Below, in pieces: positions 25,440-38,689 of a DNA stretch of 64,000 nucleotides. Made by a program: the position numbers and the translations under genes. Below the pieces are notes generated by a model, which did no database searches, had not been told where the DNA came from, and saw nothing but the letters and a program-made list of their open reading frames with translations. The DNA comes from Octopus sinensis (taxonomy: Eukaryota). The stretch lies in contig NC_042999.1 of NCBI RefSeq assembly GCF_006345805.1, positions 5,580,001 to 5,644,000 on the forward strand, given 5' to 3'. How positions within the stretch are numbered: the stretch's first letter is position 1; the number at the start of each line of letters is the position of its first letter.

Positions 25440-25520
25440 TTGCGGCCATCAGCTGCCGTTCGGCGTGTCGCCATTAGCGGTTATGTCCCCTTGACGTCAG
25501 CGCCCCCTACTGGCATTGCA
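25440..25520 (-). promoter_or_regulatory. SNX17 proximal promoter: CTCF-like site, full CRE and YY1-like ATGGC motifs
   Basis: GC-rich patch 120-200 bp upstream of the ATG. TGACGTCA at 25492-25499; CCAGTAGGGGGCGC on - at 25500-25513; GATGGCCGC on - near 25442-25450. Confidence 0.65.
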
Positions 25521-25594
25521 ACTCACAAGAACTTTTTTTTTTATCTTTTAAACTTGCTTCAAACAAACTCGGTTTTAAATATTGTCATCATGAC

Positions 25595-26290
25595 TCACTT
25601 ACGATGGCTTAAGTTACACTTTACATTACTGCAATATATCAATGCAATATTAAAAACGACTAACTTATAAATGTAGAAATGTCTGACAAACATCATCGTT
25701 TAACGTCCATTTTCCAGGCTGGCATGGGTTGGACGGATTGACAGGAGCTGTCCAAACTCCAATTGTATTTTTGGCATGCGTTCTATGGTTGGATACCCTT
25801 CCTAATGCCATACTCACAACGATGGCTTAAGTTACACTTTACATACTGCTTAATATATATATATTAATGCAAAATAAAAACCTCTAACTTATGAATGTAG
25901 AAATGTCGGTACAAACAAATGTAGAAAGTCAACATCATCGTTTAACGTCCATTTTCCAGGCTGGCATGGGTTGGACGGATTGACAGGAGCTGTCCAAACT
26001 CCAATTGTATGTTTTGGCATGGTTTCTATGGTTGGATACCCTTCCTAATGCCATACTCACTTACGATGGCTTAAGTTACACTTTACATACTGCTATATAT
26101 ATATATATTAATGCAAAATAAAAACCTCTAACTTATGAATGTAGAAATGTCTGGTAAACATCATCATCATCATCGTTTAACGTCCATTTTCCAGGCTGGT
26201 ATGGGTTGGACGGATTGACAGGAGCTGTCCAGACTCCAATTGTCTGTTTTGGCATGGTTTCTATGGTTGGATGCCCTTCTTAATGCCAAC
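25595..26290. repeat. Tandem triplication of a 220-245 bp unit (truncated SINE C plus unique flank)
   Basis: ACGATGGCTTAAGTTACACTTT and the SINE C end each recur three times. Confidence 0.85.
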
Positions 26291-27289
26291 TACTTTACAG
26301 AGTGTGTTGGGTGCTTTTTATCTGCCACTAGCACAGGTGTATTTACACAGCACCAGCATACTCTTTTACTTGTTTCAGTCATTTGACTGCGGCCATGCTG
26401 GAGCACCACCTTTAGTCGAGTAAATCGACTGCAAGACTTATTCTTTGTAAGCCTAGTACTTATTCTATTGGTCTCTTTTGCTGACCCGCTAAGTTACGGG
26501 GATGTAAACAGACCGGCATCGGTTGTCAAGCGATGTTTGTGGGAGGAACAAACACAGACACACACACAGATATATATATATACATATACATATATATGAC
26601 GGGCTTCTTTTCAGTTTCCATCTACCAAATCCACTCACAAGGCCTTGGTCAGCCCGAGGCTATAGTAGAAGACACTTGCTCAAGATGCCACGCAGTGGGA
26701 CTGAACCCGGAACCATGTGGTTGGTAAGCAAGCTACTTACCACACAGCCACTCCTGCATGAATGCATTTTATGTGGCACCACAGCACAAGTGCATTTTAT
26801 GTGGTACTGGTATCCGTAAAGGACAAGCCTGTATGTATAGATGACCATGATTTTACTCAGCTTGACATGTCTTCTCAAGTACATCAAATTGTCACGTCTC
26901 CCAGTCCCTTGTCATTTCCTCAGTGAGGCCCAACATCTGAAGATCCATTCTCACCACTTTGTCCCATGTCTTCCTGGGTCTACCCCTTCTTCACGTTCCC
27001 TCCACAGTTACAGATCGGCACTCTTTACACAGCAGTCCTCATCCCTACGCATCACATGACCAAACCAGCACAGTCTTCTCTCTTGCACACAACACCTGAT
27101 GCCTCTTGTACCCAGTTTTCCCCTTAAAATCATTTACCCTCTGTCATGCATACACACTGACATTACCCATTAGGCGGAGCATGCTAGCTTCATTTTACAT
27201 GCTTAATAATTAATATACACTCTTTCACAAGTTTTTATTGGGTTCTTTCAGAATATGATTTTGAAGAATAGAATTTCTTAATTTCAAAC

Positions 27290-27770
27290 AGGAAAAAAGA
27301 AAAGACGCATTTACTTTTTTGGCATGAATTCAAGCTTAGGCATAATGCTCCCCAAACTATTAACTGCTCCCCAACATGAAAAAAGCACTTGGCTGGGAAC
27401 CAGTATTGCAGTGGTGATGGTGTCATACTTGCTGCTGATAACTTGTTTGACCAACAGAATGAAAACTTCTTCACCAATAGGAGCCAAGCACTGCAACACT
27501 GATGGACCAATATCAACAGAGCATGGTTGGGGTGTTACCACATCCTCAATATTCTCCTTATTTTTCACCATATTCTTTTACCAATTACCACTTTTTCAAG
27601 CATCACGACACATTATTAAAGCAAAAAGCCTTCCATTCCAAAACCAAGGTCAAAACTGAATTCAAGGATTTCTTGGCATCAAAACCGTTGGATTTTTATC
27701 AAAGAAGCATAAAGGACCTTGTTAACCAATGGGAGAAATGTATAGATTTTCAAGATCGGTTTTCCTAGAA
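27290..27770 (+). mobile_element. Internally deleted mariner relic
   Basis: HEFKLRHNA start joined to HPQYSP...NYHFFKH...FYQRSIKDLVNQWEKCI. Confidence 0.75.
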
Positions 27771-27883
27771 TATAGGCTTATTTTTAAAATGGGCCATTAT
27801 TTTCTGAACAACCTAATAATTCCGTATCTAGGAAGAACAGAAGAGTAAGGATGGTGAGTTCTGCAAGCATTAGTATGGAGGAT

Positions 27884-28269
27884 GTGGAGGCGCAATGGCC
27901 CAGTGGTTAGGGCAGCGGATTCGCGGTCGTAGGATCGCGGTTTCGATTCCCAGACCAGGCGTTGTGGGTGTTTATTGAGCGGAAACACCTAAAGCTCCAC
28001 GAGGCTCCAGCAGGGGATGGTGGTGATCCCTGCTGTACTCTTTCACCACAACTTTCTCTCACTCTTACTTCCTGTTTCTGTTGTACCTGTATTTCAAAGG
28101 GCCGGCCTTGTCACTCTCTGTGTCACGCTGAATATCCCCGAGAACTACGTTAAGGGTATACGTGTCTGTGGAGTGCTCAGCCACTTACACGTTAATTTCA
28201 CGAGCAGGCTGTTCCGTTGATCAGATCAACCGGAACCCTCGTCGTCGTAACCGACGGAGTGCTTCCACC
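27884..28269 (+). mobile_element. SINE family D (tRNA-derived), full copy with 12-bp target duplication
   Basis: A box TGGCCCAGTGG, B box GTTTCGATTCC; AGTATGGAGGAT at 27872-27883 and 28270-28281. A second full copy lies at 19877-20257; partial copies at about 2700-2900(-), 3300-3580(-), 15885-16170(-). Confidence 0.85.
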
Positions 28270-29899
28270 AGTATGGAGGATATGCGGATGTTTAATTCAG
28301 AGGTCAAAGGTCATTGTAATTGCACAGAAGCAGCTGAGAAAGGAAATCAATGTCTCTTTGAGAAGTCATTGAATGGTTTTCATTTAAATTCTATCACAGG
28401 TGTTTGCATTGTAACAGCACCAGCACACACATGAGAGCCATATTCTAATCTGGGTCTAACTGGAGTTCAATGGAGTCTTGAGCTGAAGGATCACTTAACT
28501 ATAAAGAAGAATCTTTGTCTTTATCATACAGATTTCACAACATTATCTGTGCAGGAATTGACATAAAATTTCAGCAAAGACTTTGATATCTAACATTTAA
28601 AGGGATTCTTGAGCATTTTGTGTGCTTTTCATGACTAGATCGGGTTCAGGTACATGTTCACAACTAGAAGGGGCTGAAATATATATGTGGGTAGTAAAGA
28701 AACAGATACTATGTTTAACAGACACTAGGTTCTAATTAGATACTAACTATGATAGACCTCAGTTTTGCTAACTGGAACCAATTTATAAGTCCATAAATTT
28801 AGCGTAGTTCGGATGCGGACACAAGAACTGGTGGTTTCTCTTCTTCCTAATCATTGTAAATATAATCGACTTAATCCGTTTGTCTGTCCTTGTTTGTCAT
28901 CTCTGTGTTTAGCCCCTTGTGGGTAGTAAAGAAACAGATACTATGTTTAACAGACACTAGGTTCTAATTAGATACTATGATAGACCTCAGTTTTGCTAAC
29001 TGGAACCAATTTATAAGTCCATAAATTTAGCTTAGTTTGGATGCGGACACAAGAACTGGTGGTTTCTCTTCTTCCTAATCATTGTAAATATAATCGACTT
29101 AATCCGTTTGTCTGTCCTTGTTTGTCATCTCTGTGTTTAGTCCCTTGTGGGTAGTAAAGAAATAGGATATTTACACATCAGATTCTGACGCTGATAGTGA
29201 CAGTGAACTTAGTGAAAGTGATCTCCTCGACAGAGTAGGATTGGACAGGGATACTGAAAGTGATGGTGATGACTAATAATGAGAAACTTGAAATGACTCA
29301 TGAATGTAATAGATTGTCATCATCATCATCATTGTTTAACGTCCGCTTTCCATGCTAGCATGGGTTGGACGATTTTGACTGAGGGTTGGCGAACCAGACG
29401 GCCGCACCTGGCTCCAATCTTGATCTGGCAGAGTTTCTACAGCTGGATGTCTTCCTAACGCCAACCACTCCGAGAGTGTAGTGGGGGCTTTTTACATGCC
29501 ATCGGCTTGAGGGCCAGTCCAGCAGCACTGGCAACGACCTCACTCAAAAGTTTTTTCACTTGCCATCAGCACAAGTGCCAGTAAGGCATCGCTGGTAACG
29601 ATCATGCCCAAATGGTGCTTTTTACATGCCACCGGCACAGGAACCAGTCAGCTGCTCTGGCAACGATCACGCTTGGATGGTGCTCTTAGCGCTCTAATGA
29701 TTATAACAATTAGTTGATGATGATAAGGTTGACAACACAGCTCTATTATTTCTTGACTATGATAAAAACAAAGGGAAGTACCATTAAAATTTGAAATATG
29801 GAAACACGTGGAAACTAGAACTGATCATTAATTTTGATACGTCCATATTTTTAAGAATGATAAAACAAATAAATCACTATTTATTATCTTTTTGTTTCT

Positions 29900-32800
29900 T
29901 TTTCAGATATTGCTTTGAAAGATACAATTATGGAAGCTCCCCAAAAACATACTGATGAAACTTGAGGACAAGAAAAGGCTTCTGCACTATTTATTTAAAA
30001 GATGTAAAATCTGATGGTTTCGTGTTCATTAAAAACAAAAAGACCCAAAGAACCCTTTCAGGAGATTCTATCTGTGAAGGAACTCAGACTATTGCAAACT
30101 TATGGGTCTTATTATTGTATGAATGACATTTGCCAATAGGTACCAGATGAATGAGAAAATAACCATAGTTATCATCATACATGATAACCATGGTTACTAC
30201 TGCTCATCTGAACCATCTTGAGGATGTTCAAGATGATGAGCGAGCATCCACTGAACAGGTCAGTGAACCTAGATGGTCAGCTGTCGACAAAGACTAAATC
30301 ATTTTCAATCCAGACTGTTTGTTCTGCAGAAAACAAGGGAGGGAAAAAAAAGTCAAGTGAAAGGATCATGGACAACTTAAGATGCAACTGTTACTGAACA
30401 TGGAGGGGGGTGAATCCATTATGAAATTGGCCGAGGAAAAGGAGACTTTGGACTTCTCAGGAGAATTTCAGGTTTTGATCTCTTTGTTTGTGAGGCCAAG
30501 TTTCGTCCTTCGTGCAGAAGAACCTACATGCTTCACACAGACGAAACAAGGTCACAAAACCCAGAAAGCAGCAAGCTACAAGCAGCCCTTGAAAAAGCAC
30601 ACAGTGATGATTTTCAAAATGTGTTTTTAAAAATAAACGAAGAAGGTGCAGGAGTGGCTGTGTGGTAAGTAGCTTGTTTATGAACCACATGGTTCCAGGT
30701 TCAGTCCTACTGTGTGGCATCTTGGGCAAGTGTCTTCAACTATAGCCTCGGGCTGACCAAAGCCTTGTGAGTGGATTTGGTAGATGGAAACTGAAAGAAG
30801 CCCGTCATATATATGTATATATATATATGTATGTGTATGTATTTTTTTGTGTGTCTGTGTTTGTCCCCCCAACATCGCTTGACAAACGATGTTGGTGTGT
30901 TTACATCCCTGTAACTTAGCGGTTCGGCAAAAGAGACCGATAGAATAAGTACTAGTCTTACAAAGAATAAGTCCTGTGGTTGATTTGCTTGACTAAAGGT
31001 GGTGCTCTAGCATGGCCACAGTCACATGACTGAAACAAGTAAAAAAGTAAAAGAGTAAAGTTGTACAAAAGCAGAGAGTAGTTCAACTTGGCAACTTGCA
31101 GAAGATGCACATTTCGCATCTCAAAGAAACCACCTTTCTAATCCAAACTATCAGGGTGAAAAGCTGAAGACAAAAATTCCAAAACATCCAGACTATCAAG
31201 GAATTCTTGATTTTCTGCATAATTGATGAAAATAGCCCTTTCAGTTCTTACTTTGTGTTCAATCTGAAAATGGACATGCAAGAAGCAAAATGACCAAACT
31301 CCAGACTTGGACAAAAAGAAAAGGTTGATGAGGCTGCTAATCTATTGACAAACGAACTAATCAACAGATTTTCAGTTGTTGAGGAGATGTCATAGCTGAT
31401 AACTGTCCACGACCTTAATCTTTCTCATTCTGTCATCCCTTATTTTCTGGAAAAGTTTCTGACTGCTGTTCTCTCTGGAGACAAAGAACCATCAAGGAGT
31501 ACCAGTCGCCTAGTAAGCTCCATCAGACAGGACATTCCATGCCATTACCAATTTCTTTATTGCCCACAAGGGGCTAAACACAGAGGGGACAAACAAGTAC
31601 AGACAAACGGATTAAGTTGAGTACATCGACCCCAGTGTGTAACTGGTACTTAATTTATCGACCCCGAAAGGATGACAGGCAAAGTCGACCTCGGCGAAAT
31701 TTGAACTCAGAATGTAGTGGCAGACGAAATACCTATTTCTTTACTACCCACAAGGGGCTAAACACAGAGGGGACAAACAAGTACAGACAAATGGAGTAAG
31801 TTGATTACATCGACCCCAGTGCGTCACTGGTACTTAATTTATTGACCTCGAAAAGATGAAAGGCAAAGTCGACCTTGGCAGAATTTGAACTCAGAAGGTA
31901 ACGGCAGACGAAATACGGCTATGCATTTCGCCCGGTGTGCTAACGTTTCTGCCAGCTCGCCGCCTTTTCTTCCATGCCGTTACCAATGGAAAGTGGAAGT
32001 TGCCCGCGGTGTTGAATGAACTGGAGAGGTTCACATGTGTGCTGTAGGGTAACAAAAGTGCAAAAAAGGTGAATACATTGCGGTTCACAACCTTGCAAGC
32101 AAAGTGCGGTAGGAAAGATGATTTCACAAAATCTAAGCCATTTGATCTCCCTTCACTGATCCCATGCAGAAACATTATTGAGCATCAAGTTTGGTGAAGC
32201 AACTTCCAAACCAGGAGATGGGAGCTCGTGAACATTGCAAAGCCTTCAGTGCTTAGACCAGATGAAGGATATGGATGGACAATGGAAGCTGGAATCATGA
32301 AGCCGAAGTGGACAGAGGATGAAGTGATGCCCTATCAGTTGGTGTAGCTGTATTTCATCTGCCTTTACGCTCTGAGTTCAAATTCCGCCGAGGTCGACTT
32401 TGCCTTTCATCCTTTCAAGGTTGATTAAATAAATACCAGTTATGCACTGGGATCGATATAATCGACTTAATCCGTTTGTCTGTCCTTGTTTGTCCTCTCT
32501 GTGTTTAGCCCCTTGTGGGTAATAAGAAAATAGGTATTTTGTCTGTCTTTACATTCTGAGTTCAAATTCCGCCGAGGTCGACTTTGCCTGTCATCCTTTC
32601 GAGGTTGATTAAATAAATACCAGTTATGCACTGGGATCGATATAATCGACTTAATCCGTTTGTCTGTCCTTGTTTGTCATCTCTGTGTTTAGCCCCTTGT
32701 GGGTAGTAAAGAAACAGATACTATGTTTAACAGACACTAGGTTCTAATTAGATACTATGATAGACCTCAGTTTTGCTAACTGGAACCAATTTATAAGTCC

Positions 32801-33060
32801 ATAAATTTAGCTTAGTTTGGATGCGGACACAAGAACTGGTGGTTTCTCTTCTTCCTAATCATTGTAAATATAATCGACTTAATCCGTTTGTCTGTCCTTG
32901 TTTGTCATCTCTGTGTTTAGTCCCTTGTGGGTAGTAAAGAAATAGGATATTTACACATCAGATTCTGACGCTGATAGTGACAGTGAACTTAGTGAAAGTG
33001 ATCTCCTCGACAGAGTAGGATTGGACAGGGATACTGAAAGTGATGGTGATGACTAATAAT
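29900..33060 (+). mobile_element. Decayed, internally deleted Academ-like (AcademX-type) DNA transposon interrupted by SINEs
   Basis: Broken frames read IFNPDCLFCRK; LLRRISGFDLFVCEAKFRPSCRR; VIPYFLEKFLTAVLSG...RLVSSIRQDI-HAVTNGKWKLP; LERFTCVL*G...VNTLRF...SLIPCR...GYGW...KPKW; and an acidic tail SDSDADSDSELSE. The superfamily name is from recalled motifs. Confidence 0.6.
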
Positions 33061-34182
33061 GAGAAACTTGAAATGACTCATGAATGTAATAGATTGTCAT
33101 CATCATCATCATCGTTTAACGTCCGCTTTTCATGCTTGCATGGGTTGGACGATTTTGACTGAGGGCTGGCGAACCAGATGGCTGCACCAGGCTCCAATCT
33201 TGATCTGGCAGTGTTTCTACAGCTGGATGCCCATCCTAACGCCAACCACTCCTAGTTTGTAGTGGGTGCTTTTACATGCCGCCAGCACAAGGGCCAGTCA
33301 GGCGTTACTGGCAATGACCTCGCTCAAATCTTTTTACACATGCCACCGGTATAGGTGCCAGTAAGGCGACGTTGGTAATGATCATGCCCGAATGGTGCCC
33401 TTTTACGTTCCATGGCATCGGGGCCAGTCAGGTCGTACTGGCAATGACCTCGCTCGAATCTTTTACACATGCCACCGGCACAGGTGCCAGTGAGGTGACA
33501 CTGGTAACAATCACGCTCGAATGGTGCCCTTTTATGTGCCACCGGCACAGAAGCCAGTTGGCTGCTCTGGCAACGATCACGCTCTTTGTCAATTATGTGG
33601 CGCCTGTGTGGATGAGACAAAGTCCATGCATTACAAGACTAATGAAACTAAGAACAGATAAAACTGTTGCGAAAATAAGATACAACCAGGTAAGAATCAG
33701 GACGAATGCTTAATGGGAATGTGTTGATTCAAATTTTAACGATCCGAAGGGTGCTCAGCTGAGATTTCTAACTCAACTTTAAAGCAAACTCCTACATCCG
33801 TTGTTTTAATTCTGTGTATATCTCTACCAGGAAGGAAAGTAACTGCCACAACACTTGAAATGCATCTGTTTAAACTTGAGAGATAGAAAGTATTATACAA
33901 GCCAGCATTTGTTTCATTATTAAAACAATATGGCACATTTCATAATGACCATGAATCACAAACTGCTATATCTGACATTCCACGGGGCAAACACTTTTCA
34001 ATTTTTTCTTTTACTCTTGATATTAAAAAGCACATGTAAACCTTCATTTCTGATTAATTTTCAATAATAAAAAAATTTTTTAGAGGGACTGCAAGTTGGA
34101 GTCTACATTCTATCAGGAGACTAGCAGGGAATCTATCAGGGCCTACAGCAGAATAGTATTTGAATAGTGTATATATACATTC

Positions 34183-34233
34183 ATGTATGTATGTATGTAT
34201 GTACGTATGTATGTATGTGTGTATGTGTGTGTG

Positions 34234-34280
<47 letters not shown>

Positions 34281-34335
34281 ATGCGTGGATGGATGGATGG
34301 ATGTATGTATGTATGTATGTATGTATGCATGTATG
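34183..34335. repeat. Compound microsatellite (ATGT)n(GT)n(GCGT)n(ATGG)n(ATGT)n
   Basis: Direct inspection. It explains the spurious ORFs at 34054-34422. Confidence 0.95.
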
Positions 34336-34666
34336 TCGTATGGCCCGTGGTCCTAGCCTTGGATGAATTTTAAAGCTAATATTGAGGTCGTTTGGGCAAT
34401 GCCGGTGATATATTCTCCCCACTGTGCAAATGATGTATCACTCATGACAGCGCCGGAGATAATAGAGTTTCAATGCTTTAAGGCGGTCCCAATAATTGAG
34501 ATCAGTCATGCCATAAATTCTTTTAGTGAATTTGGGGTGATTCAATTTTTGAAATGTTTTGCTTTGTATGGGGAGACAACAGTGGGGGCAGCAGTATTTG
34601 AGGTGTGGCCATACAAAGGAGGATAAAACACACACACATTATAATCAAGCATTCCATTGGCTAAAC

Positions 34667-34907
34667 CAGTGGTTTCCAACTGGGGTTCACATAAGATTTA
34701 AGATTTTGTTGCTAAAATTTATGGGCAATAAACTACTTCTACAGTACACAAAATATTTAAACAATTTTTAAGGCAATTCTTAATTTAATTACAAGAATAT
34801 AATAGGGTTTTTTAAACATCGAATGGTTATGGAGTCTCCCACTTCAAGTAAAATAAGAATCAAATGGGTCCATAGGTAAAAAAAAATAAAATGGTTGAGT
34901 ACCATTG
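34667..34907. mobile_element. hAT (Charlie-like) MITE
   Basis: CAGTGGT...ACCATTG ends; perfect 8-bp target duplication GGCTAAAC at 34659-34666 and 34908-34915. Confidence 0.8.
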
Positions 34908-35083
34908 GGCTAAACAAGGCTTTACATAATTTTAGAGCGAAACGTCTTAAATCAACAAAACCAATAATGGAGTCGGAGCAAGGGAAATAACTCCCAGATT
35001 ACAATCAAAAGTAGAAAGTTCTCCATAAATCTATAAATGTAGGCTATAGAAGGGCGTGAGGTGAGGTGGGAATTTATATATAT

Positions 35084-35480
35084 ACTAGCAGTATCACCCG
35101 GCGTTGCTCGGGTTTGTTTAGACCCTTTAGAATTGGAATTTTTGAAAAGTAAAAATTTTGCATTATGTAGCTTGTTATTCTCTTAAAGTGAACATTTTTC
35201 TGGTTGAAATACACCGAAAAATGGCGACACAGCAGTAAAAAAATTGTAAAAAATATGGGTTTTCAAAGAAAAAAAAAAGCACCTTTTTGATGTAAATAAT
35301 TTTTGGTGTTAACATGGTCCGATTTGAATTTTTTCTTCTACGGAAGGAAGAGCAAGCCTTCTTCTATCATACTCTCAATTTCAGTCAACTTGCGCCACAG
35401 GGTCTCGGAGGAGATAGTGTTAGTTGAAGGCTACCAAACCTGCCATACACAGACAACTTCAGCTTTATATAGAGAGAGAT
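35084..35480 (+). mobile_element. Non-autonomous Helitron-like element (Lep1/HINE-style)
   Basis: Starts ACTAGC followed by a GC hairpin (CCCGGCGTTGCTCGGG), ends GCTTTATATAGAGAGAGAT, and has no TIR. Confidence 0.55.
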
Positions 35481-37418
35481 TGATATAAATCAAACCAGAT
35501 GCTGTAAGGTGGTGAGTGGGGGGTGAGCGAGTTAGAGGCTGGATTAGGGTGGGAGGATGTTTAAGGAACATTATTAAAATGGCTGTTGCTAAATAGTTAA
35601 TAATGCCTGTAACTAATCATCATCATCGTTTAATGTCTGCTTTCCATGTTGGCATGGGTTGGACGATTTGACTGAGGACTGGCGAACCAGATGGCTGCGC
35701 CAGGCTCCAATGTGATCTGGCAGAGTTTCTACTGCTGGATGCCCTTCCTAATGCCAACCACTCCGAGAGTGTAGTGGGTGTTTTTACGTGCTACCTGCAT
35801 CAGGGCCAGTCTGGCGGTACTGGCAACAGCCACGCTCAAAATGGTGTTTTTTACGTGCCACCTGTACAGGAGTCATTCCAGTGGCACTGGCAATGACCTC
35901 GCTCGACTGCTTTGTTCACGTGCCAGTGAGGCGATGCTGGTAATGATCGCGCTCAAATGGTGCTTTTTACGTGCCCTCCTGCATGGAAGCCAGGCAACTG
36001 CTCTGGCAGTGATCCCGCTTGGATGGCGCTGTTAGCGCTCCACTGGCACGGGTGCCAGTCATCGAATTTGGTTCAATTCCGATTTCACTTGCCCCAACAG
36101 GTCTTCGCAAATAATGGATTACTGGATGAAGCAAGATAGTGAAGGAAATAAATAAAGGTAATAGCAATGATATAGGGATACGTGATAGGGATGCATCAGA
36201 GTAACACAGGATGCAGGGGATGTGTGTTACCTTTGCAGTTATGCTCCACTTTGATTGAGGGGTTCTCCATGATATATTTCGTTATTGGATTTGGTTTGCA
36301 AGATTCTTTATATGAGTTTTGTGTGTTGAAGCATATTTGTTGTGTCTGGGGAGAGTCATTTTCTTTTTGTGCCTTATAATATAACACACTCATCTGTAAA
36401 ATTTCCACTTTTTTCTTATTTTTATTTTCCTAAAATTTGTAAGTCAAGACTATTGAAAAGGTTGCAAGATGCAACGAAAATTTTAGGAAAATAAAAATTA
36501 GAAAAAGTGGAAATTTTACCGGTGAGTGTGTTACATTATAAGGCACAAAAAGAAAATGACTCTCCCCAGACACAACAGAATATGATATTTTTGTTTCCAT
36601 GGATATTTTTCTGGGTCTTGTGTAAATATTCCAATGCTGCTTTGTGAGACATTGCACTTTCCTCCAAAGCAATCTTTCTATCCCTTAGAACCTCCGTTAT
36701 CCTGGTTCCTTTGCTAATACTGCTTTTAGCATTTTTGATTGTGGCCAGGTTGAACGGAAGCTTCACTCTAAGATTGTCTTGCTTCCTGACACAAAAGTTG
36801 TTGCAGTCTGCAAAACTTTTACCAACAATTGGTAAATGAGGAATATTTTTTTCAGTAACTTCAGAGGCATCAAGAGAAAATGGTCCATCTTTCTAAAACT
36901 GAAACAAATAAAAGAATAAAAGGGTACTTAAAAACTGCATTGAGTAAATTTTCCCAAAGTCTTTCAAATATATATCATCATCATCATTTAATATCTGCCT
37001 TCCATATTGGCATGGATGGGATGGTTTGATAAGAGCCGGCCAGACGGAAGAAGCCTGCACCAGACTTCTGTGACTGTTTTGGCAGGAATTTTACCACTGG
37101 ATGCCCTTCCTATCGCCAACCACTCAGCAGAGTGGGCTTAGTGCTTTTTAGGTGGCACAAGCACAGGTGAGGTCAGTTTTGGCAAAGTTTTTCCAGCTGG
37201 ATGCCCTTCCAAATGCCAACCATTTTATAGTGTGGAGTGGATGCTCTTGAAGTGGAACCTGCTCTGACAGGGTCACCAAGTGCCTTGCAAGACAAAAATA
37301 TTTTGAGAGAGGGTGGGCATTGGAGGAGGTGATCTTGTGTCAGATGATGGAAGGTTATAGCTAGACAGAGAGACAGAAACAGGTGTGTTGCTGTAGAGGA
37401 GGTACAAGGTTACCCGAC

Positions 37419-37471
<53 letters not shown>

Positions 37472-38689
37472 TAGCAAAATACTGGACATACTCACAAGGG
37501 TTGGGGATCAGAATATAAATAGGATGGTTGAGTAAAGGCAGAGAGAGATATAGATGGTAGCAAGTGCCAGGGCAGAACCTTGAGGTTCAAACGTCATGAT
37601 ATAAGTGGCAGGATATTGTGAAGGAAGTGTGATTAAAGAGTGTAGAAGGGGGGGGGGGAGTAAGTGGTAAAAATCTGGGTATATATATAGAGTTGGCGGG
37701 GAGGGCTACTGAATAGCAATGATATGGAGGGACAGGGCCATGAGGACAGGATTGGGGAGTGAGAGCAAGGCATAATGTATGAAGGAGGAAATAAGAGGAA
37801 GAGAAGAGATGTAGATTGGTTTGTTGGGTGAGTGAAAAGTCTTCTTGTTACATGTGGGTGGAACACACAGGTCGGGGGGGGGGGGGGCTAGCAGAGAACA
37901 ATGATACAATGAGACAGGGTATGTGGGTGGAACACACAGATTGGGGGCTAGCAGAGGGCAATGATACAGTGGCACAAGGCCAAGAAAACTGGATTGGGGA
38001 GTGGGAGGTAAGCATGGTGCATGAAGTAGAAATGTGAGGAAGAGAAGAGATGGAGAGATGTAGTTTGGTTTGTTGTGGTAGGGTATGTGAGAAGTTTTCT
38101 TGTTAAGTGTGGGAGGGACACACAGCACTTCTGGAACTCAGTTTCGCCGACATGGGTGAGTCTTCTCAAGAACTTCATATTGCCAGACATTTCGGACTAT
38201 TGTCATTTCCTCCGCAAGGCCCAACATCCTGAGATCAGCCCTTACCACTTCATCCAATGTCTCCCTCTTCCGCAGGTACCATCAGCACTTCTTTATGCAG
38301 CTGTCCTCATTCATACACATCACATATCCAAACTAACGGGGTCTTCTCTCTTGCATGCTACATTTGATTCCTCTTATGCCCAGTTTTTCTCTTAATGCAT
38401 TTACACTTTGTTGTACATGCACACTGATGTTGCACATCAAAGGAGAATACTACCGTCATTTCTCTCTAGACTTCACACAAACACACACACATATATCATC
38501 ATCATCATCATTGAACGTCTGCTGTCCATGCTAGCATGGGTTGTACCATCTGACCAAGGTTGACAAGCTGGAAGGTTGCACCAAACTCCAGTCTGTTTTG
38601 CTATGGTTTCTATGGCTGGATGCCTGTCCTAATGCCAGACTGTAATGGATGCTTTTATAATCCATTGAACAATTTCCACGAGAAGTTGC

